This document shows positions 33,546 through 46,999 of a stretch of 64,000 nucleotides of DNA, one piece after another. How positions within the stretch are numbered: position 1 is the stretch's first letter; each line of letters opens with the position of its first letter. The notes below the pieces were generated by a model. That model was not told where the DNA came from and made no database searches. It saw nothing but the letters and a program-made list of their open reading frames with translations. A program made the translations under genes and the position numbers. Source of the stretch: Christensenellales bacterium (GTDB lineage: Bacteria > Bacillota > Clostridia > Christensenellales > CAG-917); the NCBI GenBank assembly GCA_048394785.1, contig DBFJGL010000111.1, positions 152 to 64,151 on the forward strand, in the 5' to 3' direction.

Positions 33546-33574
33546 ATAATATCAATACCTTAACGCCTTGTCAA
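33546..33574 (-). promoter_or_regulatory. Candidate promoter of the L7Ae-rpsL-rpsG-fusA-tuf (str) operon
   Basis: The minus strand reads TTGACA (33574-33569), a 17-nt spacer, then TATTAT (33551-33546). Confidence 0.55.
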
Positions 33575-33744
33575 ACGATAAACGCCCGTTTTTGGAAAAA
33601 TTTTATATATTTATTTTATATAACTATATATAGAGGTTTTACCGCACGCGCACCACTACGCGCGCCTTTATAGTCTTATACTTTTTACTCAGCCGTTCAA
33701 TATTCCTTAATTACGGCATATCCGCCGCGCCGCCGACAGGTTTA

Positions 33745-34770
33745 TCAAAGGCGCACCGTAGCCTTTGCGTCGAGCGACATATCCGCCGCCTTCGCGCCGC
33801 TTTTAATCATAAAATAAGCCGCCGCGCCAATCATCGCCGCATTGTCCGTACAGTACGCAAGCTTGGGATAAAAGGTTTGTATGCATTTTGCGCTCAGCCC
33901 GTCCGCACGCTCGCGAAGCCGCGCATTCGCGCTCACTCCTCCCGCAATCGCAATTCTATTTATACCGCTTTCCGAAGCGACTTTCTCCGCCGCGTCTATA
34001 AGCTGTGCGACCGCCGCTTCCTGAAAACTCGCCGCCACGTCCGCAACGGGCACGCCGCCGTTTTCTCTTTCCAGCTTTCTGATGAGATTTATAGTGTGCG
34101 TTTTGAGTCCGCTGTACGAAAAATACATCTCGTCCATATGCGCGAAATCGGGAACGGGCAATTTGTAAACGGGACTTCCGCTCTTTGCCGCCTTTTCTAT
34201 CTCCGGTCCTCCCGGATAGGGCAGACCGAGTACCCGCGCGACTTTGTCGAACGCCTCGCCCGCCGCGTCGTCGCGGCTTTGGCACACCGCTTTTACGTCG
34301 TCGTAACCGTCGACGCGCAAAATTGCCGTATGCCCTCCGCTCGCAAGCAGACACAGATAAGGCGGAGTAAGGTCGCTGTCGATATAGTTTGCGGCAATAT
34401 GTCCCCTGACGTGCGATACGGCGTATAACGGCTTATTCCAACACAAAGCCAACCCTTTGGCAAAATTGACGCCGACAAGCAGCGCACCCAGCAGTCCCGC
34501 GCCGTACGTCACCGCGATTGCGTCTATGCCGTCCTCTGTCAACCCCGAACGGCGCATAGCCTCGTCGACCACGTTCTCGATTGCGAGAGTGTGGTTTCGC
34601 GACGCGATTTCCGGCACCACTCCGCCGAAACGACGGTGAATCTCAATCTGCGACGCCACCGAAGCGGATAAAACCTGCCTTCCGTTTCTTACGACGGCGG
34701 CGGCGGTTTCGTCGCAACTCGACTCTATCGCAAGTATCGTCAAGTTTTCTCTTTCGCTTAACCCTGTCAT
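33745..34770 (-). CDS. tsaD: tRNA N6-adenosine threonylcarbamoyltransferase TsaD
   Basis: 341 aa: ILAIESSCDETAAAVV, HxxGH metal motif (SHVRGHIAA), GGVSAN. Confidence 0.93.
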   Translation of the reverse strand: MTGLSERENLTILAIESSCDETAAAVVRNGRQVLSASVASQIEIHRRFGGVVPEIASRNHTLAIENVVDEAMRRSGLTEDGIDAIAVTYGAGLLGALLVGVNFAKGLALCWNKPLYAVSHVRGHIAANYIDSDLTPPYLCLLASGGHTAILRVDGYDDVKAVCQSRDDAAGEAFDKVARVLGLPYPGGPEIEKAAKSGSPVYKLPVPDFAHMDEMYFSYSGLKTHTINLIRKLERENGGVPVADVAASFQEAAVAQLIDAAEKVASESGINRIAIAGGVSANARLRERADGLSAKCIQTFYPKLAYCTDNAAMIGAAAYFMIKSGAKAADMSLDAKATVRL

Positions 34771-34782
34771 TTTATCCTTGAT

Positions 34783-35892
34783 TTACGCCTGCACCGAGCT
34801 CATTTTGAGATACTCGTTCACGAAGCCGTCCAAATCGCCGTCCATAACAGACTGCACGTTTCCCGTTTCGAAGCCCGTGCGATGGTCTTTCACCATCGTA
34901 TACGGGCAGAAAACGTAACTCCTTATCTGACTGCCCCACTCGATTTTTTTGAGTTTTCCCGATATGGACGCCGCTTCTTCCTCACGCTCGCGCTCGCGCT
35001 TTTCTATGAGCTTGGAGCGGAGCATCTGCATCGCAACTTCTCTGTTCTGTATTTGACTGCGCTCGTTCTGACAGGCGACTATAATGCCCGTGGGCAAGTG
35101 CGTGATGCGTATCGCGCTTTCCGTCTTATTGACGTGCTGTCCGCCCGCGCCGCTCGAACGGTAGGTATCCACTTTCAAATCCTCGGGACGGATTTCGATT
35201 TCCGACGTATCGATAATCTCGGGCATAACTTCGAGAGATGCAAACGAGGTGTGCCTGCGCGCGTTGCTGTCAAACGGAGAAATGCGCACGAGTCTGTGCA
35301 CTCCCTTTTCCGCTTTGAGATAACCGTACGCGTTTTCGCCGTCCACCTTAAAGGTGACGCTCTTTATGCCTGCCTCGTCGCCGGCAAGATAATCGAGCAC
35401 GCTGTACGACCAACCTCTGCGCTCGACGTAACGCGTATACATTCTGAACAGCATATCGCACCAATCCTGCGCCTCGGTACCGCCCGCGCCCGCGTGCAGG
35501 GTGAGTATCGCGTTGAGCGCGTCGTATTTTCCGCTGAGCAGAGTTTCGAGCGACAACGCTTCGACCTGCGCCCGCAAATCGTCGACCTGCGCAACAAGCG
35601 CCGCGTCCTCGTTTTCGTCGACTTCCATTTCGACAATATCGACAAGGTCGAGCGCGTCGTCGAGCTTTGCAATCAACTTCTCGAATTTTGCTATTTTAGA
35701 TTGAAGCTGACTTATCTCTTTGCTGACTTTCTGCGCGTTTTCGGTATCGTTCCAAAACCCTTCCGCGCTTTGTATCGCGTCCAGCTCGTCTATGCGCAAA
35801 CGCAGCTTTTGGGGGTTTATACTCTCAAATGCGCGTGTAATCTCGCTTTTCTGCGCTTTGAGCGCGTTTCTTATTTCGTTATAATCCAACAT
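34783..35892 (-). CDS. prfB: Peptide chain release factor 2, encoded as one uninterrupted ORF
   Basis: 369 aa with SPF (RISPFDS) and GGQ (SGAGGQHVNKTESA) motifs. The N-terminal region is continuous, with no in-frame UGA. Confidence 0.93.
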   Translation of the reverse strand: MLDYNEIRNALKAQKSEITRAFESINPQKLRLRIDELDAIQSAEGFWNDTENAQKVSKEISQLQSKIAKFEKLIAKLDDALDLVDIVEMEVDENEDAALVAQVDDLRAQVEALSLETLLSGKYDALNAILTLHAGAGGTEAQDWCDMLFRMYTRYVERRGWSYSVLDYLAGDEAGIKSVTFKVDGENAYGYLKAEKGVHRLVRISPFDSNARRHTSFASLEVMPEIIDTSEIEIRPEDLKVDTYRSSGAGGQHVNKTESAIRITHLPTGIIVACQNERSQIQNREVAMQMLRSKLIEKREREREEEAASISGKLKKIEWGSQIRSYVFCPYTMVKDHRTGFETGNVQSVMDGDLDGFVNEYLKMSSVQA

Positions 35893-35919
35893 ATTTATTG
35901 CACCGAACAGATTGTTATT

Positions 35920-38586
35920 TTACTTGTTTTTGCCGCAGCAGTTCTTATACTTCAAACCGCTTCCGCAGGGACAGGGATCGTTTCTGCCTGCCTTCTGCGT
36001 CTTGCCCGCCGTCGATTTTGCGGCGGACGCGATGTTCTGCGACAGCTTTCTTTCGCCGCCGTCTTCGCGCTTTTCTACGTTGACTTTAAGCAAAATAGAG
36101 GCGGTTTCCGTGTGTATTCTCGACACCATATCGTCAAACATTTCCCAACCTTCTTCGCGGTACGCAAGCACGGGGTCACGCTGTCCGTAGCCTCTCAGCC
36201 CGATACCGCGGCGCAGAGCGTCCATCGCGTCGATATGGTCCATCCACTTGTTGTCGACAGTCTTTAACAGCACCACTCTTTCGAGTTCGCCGAAATCGAA
36301 ACCGTCTTCTTTGAGCCTCGCGATTTTGTCTTCGTAGTCCTTGACGGCTATATCCATAACCGCTTTTTTCAGCTTATATACGTCAAAACACTCGCACAGT
36401 TCGGGCGTCATTACACCCGTACCCTTCGGCAGCATACGCTGTTCCAGCGCGGCGTTGAATGCGTCGTAATCCCACGTGAGATAATCGGTTTTATAATCGG
36501 CGTAATACCCGATTATTTCCTCGGCGAGGTCGTCGATCATATCCATAATCTGCTCGTGAACGTCCATTCCGTCCAGGACCTTTCCGCGTTCGCCGTAGAT
36601 TATTTCGCGTTGAGCGTTCATCACGTCGTCGTAACTGAGCACCTGCTTTCTTATCGAATAGTTTCTGCCCTCGACCATTCGCTGTGCCCTTTCGATTTGC
36701 TTGGTTATAACACCGTTTGAAATGGGCATATCGTCGTCAAACCGCATTGTTTCCGCAATGGATTTCAGCTTATCGCCGCCGAATATGCGCGCTACGTCGT
36801 CCTCCATCGAAATATAAAACACCGTGCTTCCGGGGTCTCCCTGACGGCCGCTTCTACCTCTCAACTGATTGTCTATACGCCTGCTGTCGTGACGCTCGGT
36901 GCCTATAATGCGCAGTCCTCCCAAACGCACGACTTCTTCCTTTTCTTTGTCTGTATTCAGCTTAAACGCGTCGTAATGGCGTTTGAATTCCGCCCTTGCT
37001 TTGAGGACTTCCTCGTCGTCGCTCGGCTGATGGGACGTTGCCGCCTCTATGAGTTCGGGCGAAAAACCGTCTTTCTCCATACGCTGTTTCGCCTGAAACT
37101 CCGCATTGCCGCCCAGCATAATATCGGTACCGCGGCCCGCCATATTCGTCGCAATGGTCACCGCGCCCTGCTTGCCGGCCTGCGCGATAATCTCGGACTC
37201 CTGTTTGTGGAATTTTGCATTGAGCACGTTGTGCCGAATGCCCTTGCGTTTGAGCATTGCGCTCAATTCTTCCGACTTTTCCACACTGATTGTACCCACC
37301 AACACGGGTTGCCCCATAGCGTGATGTTTGGAAATATCTTCAACTATCGCCTTCCATTTCCCGTCCGCCTTGGTATAAATCTGGTCGTGCTCGTCCTTAC
37401 GCTGCGACGGTTTGTTGGGCGGAATGGTCACGACGTCGAGCGCGTAAATACCCTTGAATTCTTCCTCCTCGGTCTTTGCCGTACCCGTCATACCGCTGAG
37501 TTTTTTATACATACGGAAAAAGTTTTGGAACGTAATCGTCGCAAGCGTCTTGTTTTCGCTGCGTATTACGACGTGTTCTTTCGCCTCTATCGCCTGATGC
37601 AGACCTTCGTTATAGCGTCTGCCAATCATAATGCGCCCCGTAAACTCGTCGACAATCAGCACTTCGCCGTCGTTCACAATATAATCCTTGTCCTTTTTCA
37701 TTATGTAATGAGCTTTCAAGGCTTGCTGAATGTGATGGTACAGCTCGGTGTTATCGAGGTCGGTGAGGTTGTCCACTCTGAAAAACTTTTCCGCCTCGCG
37801 CACGCCGTCGTCGGTGAGCATAATCGCCTTTTCTTTTTCTTCTATGGTAAAATGTTCGCCCTCGCGAAGTCTGCGCGCGAGATTATCCGCGGACTTATAC
37901 ATCTCGCTGGATTTGCCGCCTCTGCCCGAAATAATGAGCGGAGTGCGCGCCTCATCGATGAGAATGGAGTCTACCTCGTCGATAATGGCAAAGTTCAGTT
38001 CTCTTTGCGTCTTATCCGCCTTTCTGACCGCCATATTATCGCGCAGGAAGTCGAAGCCGAGCTCGTTATTTGTGCAATACGTCACGTCGCAGCCGTATGC
38101 CTTTCGCTTTTCGTCGGGGTGCATACCGGGCACGACAACTCCCACGCTGAGTCCCAAAAATCTGTGCACTTTGCCCATCCAAGCCGCGTCGCGCGCCGCC
38201 AGATAATCGTTTACGGTGACGACGTGAACGCCCTTGCCCGTCAGCGCGTTGAGATAGGACGGCAGCGTGGCAACCAGCGTCTTGCCTTCGCCCGTACCCA
38301 TTTCGGCAATTCTGCCCTGATGCAAGGCGATGCCGCCCATCAGCTGCACGAAGAAATGACGCATACCGAGCACTCTCTCGGCGGCTTCTCTTACTACCGC
38401 ATACGCGTCGGGAAGCAGGTCGTCGAGTTTTTCGCCGTCGGCAATTCTTGCCTTGAATTTATCCGTCATACCTTTGAGCTCGTCGTCGGACATAGCCTTA
38501 TAAACGGGCGCGAGCTCCTCTATTTTCATAGCCGTCTTTTTAAGCTTTTTGACTTGTCTTTCGTTATCGTTGAATAAAGACCACAT
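35920..38586 (-). CDS. secA: Preprotein translocase ATPase SecA
   Basis: 888 aa with MGTGEGKTLV Walker A, the DEVDSILIDEARTPLIISG motif and the C-terminal zinc motif CPCGSGLKYKNCCG. Confidence 0.97.
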   Translation of the reverse strand: MWSLFNDNERQVKKLKKTAMKIEELAPVYKAMSDDELKGMTDKFKARIADGEKLDDLLPDAYAVVREAAERVLGMRHFFVQLMGGIALHQGRIAEMGTGEGKTLVATLPSYLNALTGKGVHVVTVNDYLAARDAAWMGKVHRFLGLSVGVVVPGMHPDEKRKAYGCDVTYCTNNELGFDFLRDNMAVRKADKTQRELNFAIIDEVDSILIDEARTPLIISGRGGKSSEMYKSADNLARRLREGEHFTIEEKEKAIMLTDDGVREAEKFFRVDNLTDLDNTELYHHIQQALKAHYIMKKDKDYIVNDGEVLIVDEFTGRIMIGRRYNEGLHQAIEAKEHVVIRSENKTLATITFQNFFRMYKKLSGMTGTAKTEEEEFKGIYALDVVTIPPNKPSQRKDEHDQIYTKADGKWKAIVEDISKHHAMGQPVLVGTISVEKSEELSAMLKRKGIRHNVLNAKFHKQESEIIAQAGKQGAVTIATNMAGRGTDIMLGGNAEFQAKQRMEKDGFSPELIEAATSHQPSDDEEVLKARAEFKRHYDAFKLNTDKEKEEVVRLGGLRIIGTERHDSRRIDNQLRGRSGRQGDPGSTVFYISMEDDVARIFGGDKLKSIAETMRFDDDMPISNGVITKQIERAQRMVEGRNYSIRKQVLSYDDVMNAQREIIYGERGKVLDGMDVHEQIMDMIDDLAEEIIGYYADYKTDYLTWDYDAFNAALEQRMLPKGTGVMTPELCECFDVYKLKKAVMDIAVKDYEDKIARLKEDGFDFGELERVVLLKTVDNKWMDHIDAMDALRRGIGLRGYGQRDPVLAYREEGWEMFDDMVSRIHTETASILLKVNVEKREDGGERKLSQNIASAAKSTAGKTQKAGRNDPCPCGSGLKYKNCCGKNK

Positions 38587-38735
38587 AGTTCTCCTCGAAT
38601 GCGCTTTGCGCGCGCACTAATATAATAAATTATATTTTATAATTTTACAACCATAATCGACTTGTATTGCGCCGAGCCCTTCCGCTTTCAAACATAACGC
38701 ATATGCGGATGCGGCTTGACAACGCCCGACTTACG

Positions 38736-39542
38736 CTATATCGCGCTCTCGCCGTCGATATGCAGTTCGGCAATGGCAAACGTAAGAGAACTTACGCTTC
38801 TTGCTTTGTGCTTCAACAGAACTTCGGCGCAGGCGTCGACGGTTGCCCCCGTGGTGAAAACGTCGTCGACAAGCAGTATGTCGCGGCCGCGCACTTGGTC
38901 GAAAACACATTCGAACGCGTCCTTCAAATTTTTGCGCCGCTGTTTTGCTCCGAGCGATTTTTGCTCCGAGGTATTTCTCGTCTTTACAAGGGCGGGAAGC
39001 ACCGCTATTCCCAATCTTTCTCCTATTCCGCGCGCAAGCAATTCCGCCTGATTGAACCCTCTCGCCTTACGTTCTTCCTCGCTCATCGGCACAAAAACGA
39101 TTATGTCCGCTTTAAGCTCGGACGATAAAAGAACGTCTACTGCCATTGCCGCCATCGTGTCCGCGATATACTTGCGTTTCCCGAACTTCAAATCATGGAC
39201 AAGTTTTTGAGCGACTCCGTCATACACCGCAACCGAACGGTTCTTATAAAATGAAAACTGCGAATTTTGACAGCGGATACAATAATCCGCTTCGTTATAC
39301 AGAGGACTTCCGCACTCGACGCATACCTTGCCCTTTATGAAAGGCATTTTCCCCAAACAAGATGCGCACAGCCGATAACGCGTGTCCGCAACCAATTCTC
39401 CGCCGCAGCAGTCGCAGGTTACGTTCTCGGGAAAAACCGCTTCTTTCAGCGATTTGCCCATGCCCGACAACGCGTTCTTTACAGCCGCAAAAAGCGCGCT
39501 TGCGCTCTTGTCCTCTCCTTTTCGTCCGCCGCTTTTAGACAT
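38736..39542 (-). CDS. comFC: ComF-family protein (ComFC-type phosphoribosyltransferase-fold, N-terminal Cys4 finger)
   Basis: 268 aa with CDCCG...CASC...CVECG...CIRC zinc-finger cysteines and the PRTase motif ILLVDDVFTTGAT. Confidence 0.85.
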   Translation of the reverse strand: MSKSGGRKGEDKSASALFAAVKNALSGMGKSLKEAVFPENVTCDCCGGELVADTRYRLCASCLGKMPFIKGKVCVECGSPLYNEADYCIRCQNSQFSFYKNRSVAVYDGVAQKLVHDLKFGKRKYIADTMAAMAVDVLLSSELKADIIVFVPMSEEERKARGFNQAELLARGIGERLGIAVLPALVKTRNTSEQKSLGAKQRRKNLKDAFECVFDQVRGRDILLVDDVFTTGATVDACAEVLLKHKARSVSSLTFAIAELHIDGESAI

Positions 39543-39546
39543 ATAA

Positions 39547-41811
39547 TCACAATCTGAAATCGCCGCCGGCGTTTTCTTCCTCGATAAGATTGAGCAGTAG
39601 CGAATATCTGCGCGCGGTTTCGTTGTTTTTAACCATTCGCGCCATTATATTCTTCGCTCCCGTAATAACCGCCATTTTTTTTGCCCTCGTCACCGCGGTG
39701 TAGAGGAGATTTCTCGTCTGCAACATATAGTTGGCGTCAAGCGCAATCACCACCGTGTCGAACTCGCTGCCCTGCGATTTGTGTATCGTTACCGCATACG
39801 CAAGCGAAAGCTGTTCTATATCGTCAAATTGATAAACAGATACTTTATTATCATCAAAACGTATCGTAAACTGCATTATCTGCGTGTTAATGCTTTCAAC
39901 CACGCCTATATCGCCGTTAAACACGCCCGTGCCGCGTTCTATCTTCACTCCGTCCGAAACGCTCCACTCCTGTTGATAATTGTTCTGCATCTGCATAACT
40001 TTATCTCCTTCGCGGAACAGCGTTTCTCCCACTCTCGCCTCTTTCTTTGCGGCGGAGGGCGGATTTATGACTTTCTGCAATTCCCTGTTCAGGTTGTACG
40101 TTCCGGCAGAACCGCGCTTCATCGGGCACAACACCTGTATATCCGTCGGACTCACTCCGAGATAGGCGGGCAGCCGTTTGGTTACCAGACGAACCGTGTT
40201 AAGACATATATCTTCCGCGCCCGTCTTTTCTTCAAAGAAAAAGTCCTTGGATTTATTGTCTATTTCGGGCATCAAGCCGCTGTTTATCCTGTGTGCGTTG
40301 ACAATTATTTTACTGTCGTCCGACTGCCGGTAAATCTGCGTAAGATTGCTCACCGAAAACTTACCGCTGTGGATAATATCGGACAGCACGTTTCCCGCGC
40401 CTACGGAAGCAAGCTGGTCCTTATCGCCGACGAGAATGAGCCTCGTGCCCCTTTCCAACGCTTTGAGAAGCGCGTTGAACACAAACTCGTCCACCATACT
40501 TACTTCGTCCACGATTACTACGTCAAGCTGTAATTTTTCGTATTCGTTATAAGCAAAACGTCCCTCGCCGTTTTTCCAATCGAGGTCAAGCATACGGTGT
40601 ATCGTTTTCGCGTCCTCGCCCGTAGCCTCCGACAGTCTTTTCGCGGCTCTGCCCGTCGGCGCGCAAAGCGCGACGCGCTGATTGAGGTCGCCGAAAATCT
40701 TCAAAATACACTTTACTATCGTGGTCTTGCCCGTGCCCGGTCCGCCCGTTACGACGTGAACTCCGTTCTGAATTGCCTCCGAAATCGCAATGCGCTGATT
40801 TTCGTGCAATTCGAAACCCGCTTCTTTCTCAAACCTTTTTATTTCATAATCCGTATCGACGCTGTATAACGACGCCTCGTCGCGAAGTCTTATAAGCCTG
40901 CGGGCGATACTGCGCTCGATGTCGTAATTCTTTTTCAGCATAATCGCCGCGTGCTCGCCCGTATCGTATCGTATCAAGGTTTGCAGCAGCACCATATCTT
41001 CTATATTATCCTTTATTCTCTCCTCGATATTGTCGCTATCGATACTTAAAAGTTCTTTTGTGAGATGAATAAGGTCGTTTTCGGGCAAATAGTTGTGTCC
41101 GCTTTTGTTTGCCGCCTCTTTAAGCTGATAGATGACGGCAGCGGAAATTCTGTAATCGCTCTCCTCCCCTATGCCGAGTTCGGCGGCAATTCTGTCTGCC
41201 GTATGAAATCCGATTCCGTCGACGTCGTCAACCAGCATATACGGATTTTTCCGAACGTTTATTTCCGTTTTATCTCCGTAAATTTTATAAATTTTAAGCG
41301 CGAGATTAACCGTAATTCCAAGCTCCTGCAAGAAAATTACAGCGTCCTGCATATGCACGAGCTTGACGTATCCGAGACCGAATTCAGTAGCTTTTTTAAG
41401 GGATATACCCTTGATTTTTGCAAGCTCCATCGGATACTTCATCATTTCGAGCGCGTTTACTCCGAAACGGTCGACAATAGCCTGCGCCGTCGCAGGTCCC
41501 ATTCCCTTTATCAGTCCGCTTGCGAGAAATCTTCTTATGCCTTCCGCTCGGGACGGCTGAGACACGAATACCTTGTCGGCAACAAACTGCTTTCCGTACA
41601 TCGTCTTTGTACGGAAACTGCCTTCCACCCTCACGTTGTGACCTTCGCTGACGGGCGGAAAAATTCCGACAACGGTAAAAACACTGCTCTCGACGCCTAA
41701 ATCGATAACGGTATATCCCGTGTCTTCGCTTCTGAAAAGCACCTTTTTTACTTCTCCGACAAGCTCCATTTTTCTCCTTTCTTCCGCCGACGGGCTAAAC
41801 GCCGCCGCCAA
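39547..41811 (-). CDS. recD2: RecD2-type ATP-dependent 5'-3' DNA helicase (SF1B)
   Basis: 754 aa with N-terminal OB/HhH modules, Walker A VTGGPGTGKTT, DEVSMVD, and a C-terminal SH3-like region plus TIHKSQGSEF. Confidence 0.9.
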   Translation of the reverse strand: MAAAFSPSAEERRKMELVGEVKKVLFRSEDTGYTVIDLGVESSVFTVVGIFPPVSEGHNVRVEGSFRTKTMYGKQFVADKVFVSQPSRAEGIRRFLASGLIKGMGPATAQAIVDRFGVNALEMMKYPMELAKIKGISLKKATEFGLGYVKLVHMQDAVIFLQELGITVNLALKIYKIYGDKTEINVRKNPYMLVDDVDGIGFHTADRIAAELGIGEESDYRISAAVIYQLKEAANKSGHNYLPENDLIHLTKELLSIDSDNIEERIKDNIEDMVLLQTLIRYDTGEHAAIMLKKNYDIERSIARRLIRLRDEASLYSVDTDYEIKRFEKEAGFELHENQRIAISEAIQNGVHVVTGGPGTGKTTIVKCILKIFGDLNQRVALCAPTGRAAKRLSEATGEDAKTIHRMLDLDWKNGEGRFAYNEYEKLQLDVVIVDEVSMVDEFVFNALLKALERGTRLILVGDKDQLASVGAGNVLSDIIHSGKFSVSNLTQIYRQSDDSKIIVNAHRINSGLMPEIDNKSKDFFFEEKTGAEDICLNTVRLVTKRLPAYLGVSPTDIQVLCPMKRGSAGTYNLNRELQKVINPPSAAKKEARVGETLFREGDKVMQMQNNYQQEWSVSDGVKIERGTGVFNGDIGVVESINTQIMQFTIRFDDNKVSVYQFDDIEQLSLAYAVTIHKSQGSEFDTVVIALDANYMLQTRNLLYTAVTRAKKMAVITGAKNIMARMVKNNETARRYSLLLNLIEEENAGGDFRL

Positions 41812-41949
41812 TAAAACGGCACTTTACCGCACAATGACAGGGGCGTACCCTCTTTATCCTTGTTTGCGCGCAATATTGCAACGCGGCCCGTCCTGCAATT
41901 TCAAGTCGCCGCGATATTGTATCTCGCTTTGACGCGCGTATTAAAGATA

Positions 41950-41982
41950 TTAAAAAGGCAAGGTTAATTTCCTTGCCCTCTT
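41950..41982 (-). terminator. Terminator immediately downstream of metK
   Basis: The minus strand reads GGGCAAGGAAATTAACCTTGCC followed by TTTTT. It starts 4 nt after the metK stop. Confidence 0.75.
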
Positions 41983-41985
41983 TTG

Positions 41986-43170
41986 TCAATAACCGTACTG
42001 CGCCGCTTCCGCAAGTATGTCGCCGACCTTGTCCGTCTGCTCCCACGAAAACTCCGCTCTGCCGAAATGCCCGTAATTCGAAGTCGCCCTGTAAATCGGA
42101 CGGTCCAACCTGAGCGTTCGTATGATGGCGAGAGGACGCAAGTCAAACACCTTTGTCACGATATCGGCAATAACTTCGTCATCGAACTTGCCTGTGCCGA
42201 AAGTGTTTACATACACCGATACGGGGTGGGACATACCTATCGCATATGCGATTTGCAATTCCGCCTTGCGGCATATCCCCGACGCAACAAGATTTTTACA
42301 GACGTAACGAGCCATATACGCCGCGCTCCTGTCCACTTTCGTGGGGTCCTTGCCCGACAACGCTCCGCCTCCGTGCGGACAAAAACCGCCGTAAGTATCC
42401 ACGATGATTTTACGTCCCGTAACGCCGCTGTCGCCGGCAGGTCCGCCCTTCACAAAGCGTCCCGTAGGATTGATATACATCTTCGTATCGTCGTCGATAA
42501 GTTCGTCGGGAACGGCGACTCTTATGACCTTTTCTATTATTTCGCGTTCGATTTCGTCAAGTTCGACGTCCTCGGAATGCTGCGCGCTGACCACAACCGT
42601 ATCCACTCTGACGGGCGAGCCGTCGATATACTCCACGGTAACCTGCGATTTCCCGTCAGGTCTGAGCCATTTGATTTCGCCGCGTTTGCGCGCCTCCGTC
42701 AGACGCCTTGTTATAGCGTGCGCAAGGACAATGGGCAGAGGCATAAGTTCCTCCGTTTCGTCCGTTGCGTACCCGAACATCATACCTTGGTCGCCCGCGC
42801 CTATTCTTTCAAGCTCGTCCGCGCCGTCGCCGTCGGTAGCGGTGTCCACCCCCAGCGCAATATCCGCCGACTGCTCGTCAAGCGACGACAACACCGCGCA
42901 GGTTTTATAGTCAAACCCGAGCGAACTGTCGTCATAACCTATATCCTTGATGACTCCGCGGACAATGCCGGGAATGTCGGAATAATGCTCGGTGCTTACT
43001 TCGCCGAACACCATCACCATACCCGTTGTTGCACAAACCTCAACCGCAACGCGCGAATTGGTATCTTCCGAAAAGATGTCGTCCAAAATCGCGTCCGCAA
43101 TCTGGTCGCACACCTTATCGGGATGCCCTTCCGTCACGCTCTCGGAGGTAAAAAGTCTTTTGTCCATCAT
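41986..43170 (-). CDS. metK: S-adenosylmethionine synthase
   Basis: 394 aa: [54 protein letters not shown]. Confidence 0.97.
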   Translation of the reverse strand: MMDKRLFTSESVTEGHPDKVCDQIADAILDDIFSEDTNSRVAVEVCATTGMVMVFGEVSTEHYSDIPGIVRGVIKDIGYDDSSLGFDYKTCAVLSSLDEQSADIALGVDTATDGDGADELERIGAGDQGMMFGYATDETEELMPLPIVLAHAITRRLTEARKRGEIKWLRPDGKSQVTVEYIDGSPVRVDTVVVSAQHSEDVELDEIEREIIEKVIRVAVPDELIDDDTKMYINPTGRFVKGGPAGDSGVTGRKIIVDTYGGFCPHGGGALSGKDPTKVDRSAAYMARYVCKNLVASGICRKAELQIAYAIGMSHPVSVYVNTFGTGKFDDEVIADIVTKVFDLRPLAIIRTLRLDRPIYRATSNYGHFGRAEFSWEQTDKVGDILAEAAQYGY

Positions 43171-43193
43171 AATCTTTCTTTAGCGATAACGCC

Positions 43194-46985
<3,792 letters not shown>

Positions 46986-46999
46986 ATTAAGACCTCCTA

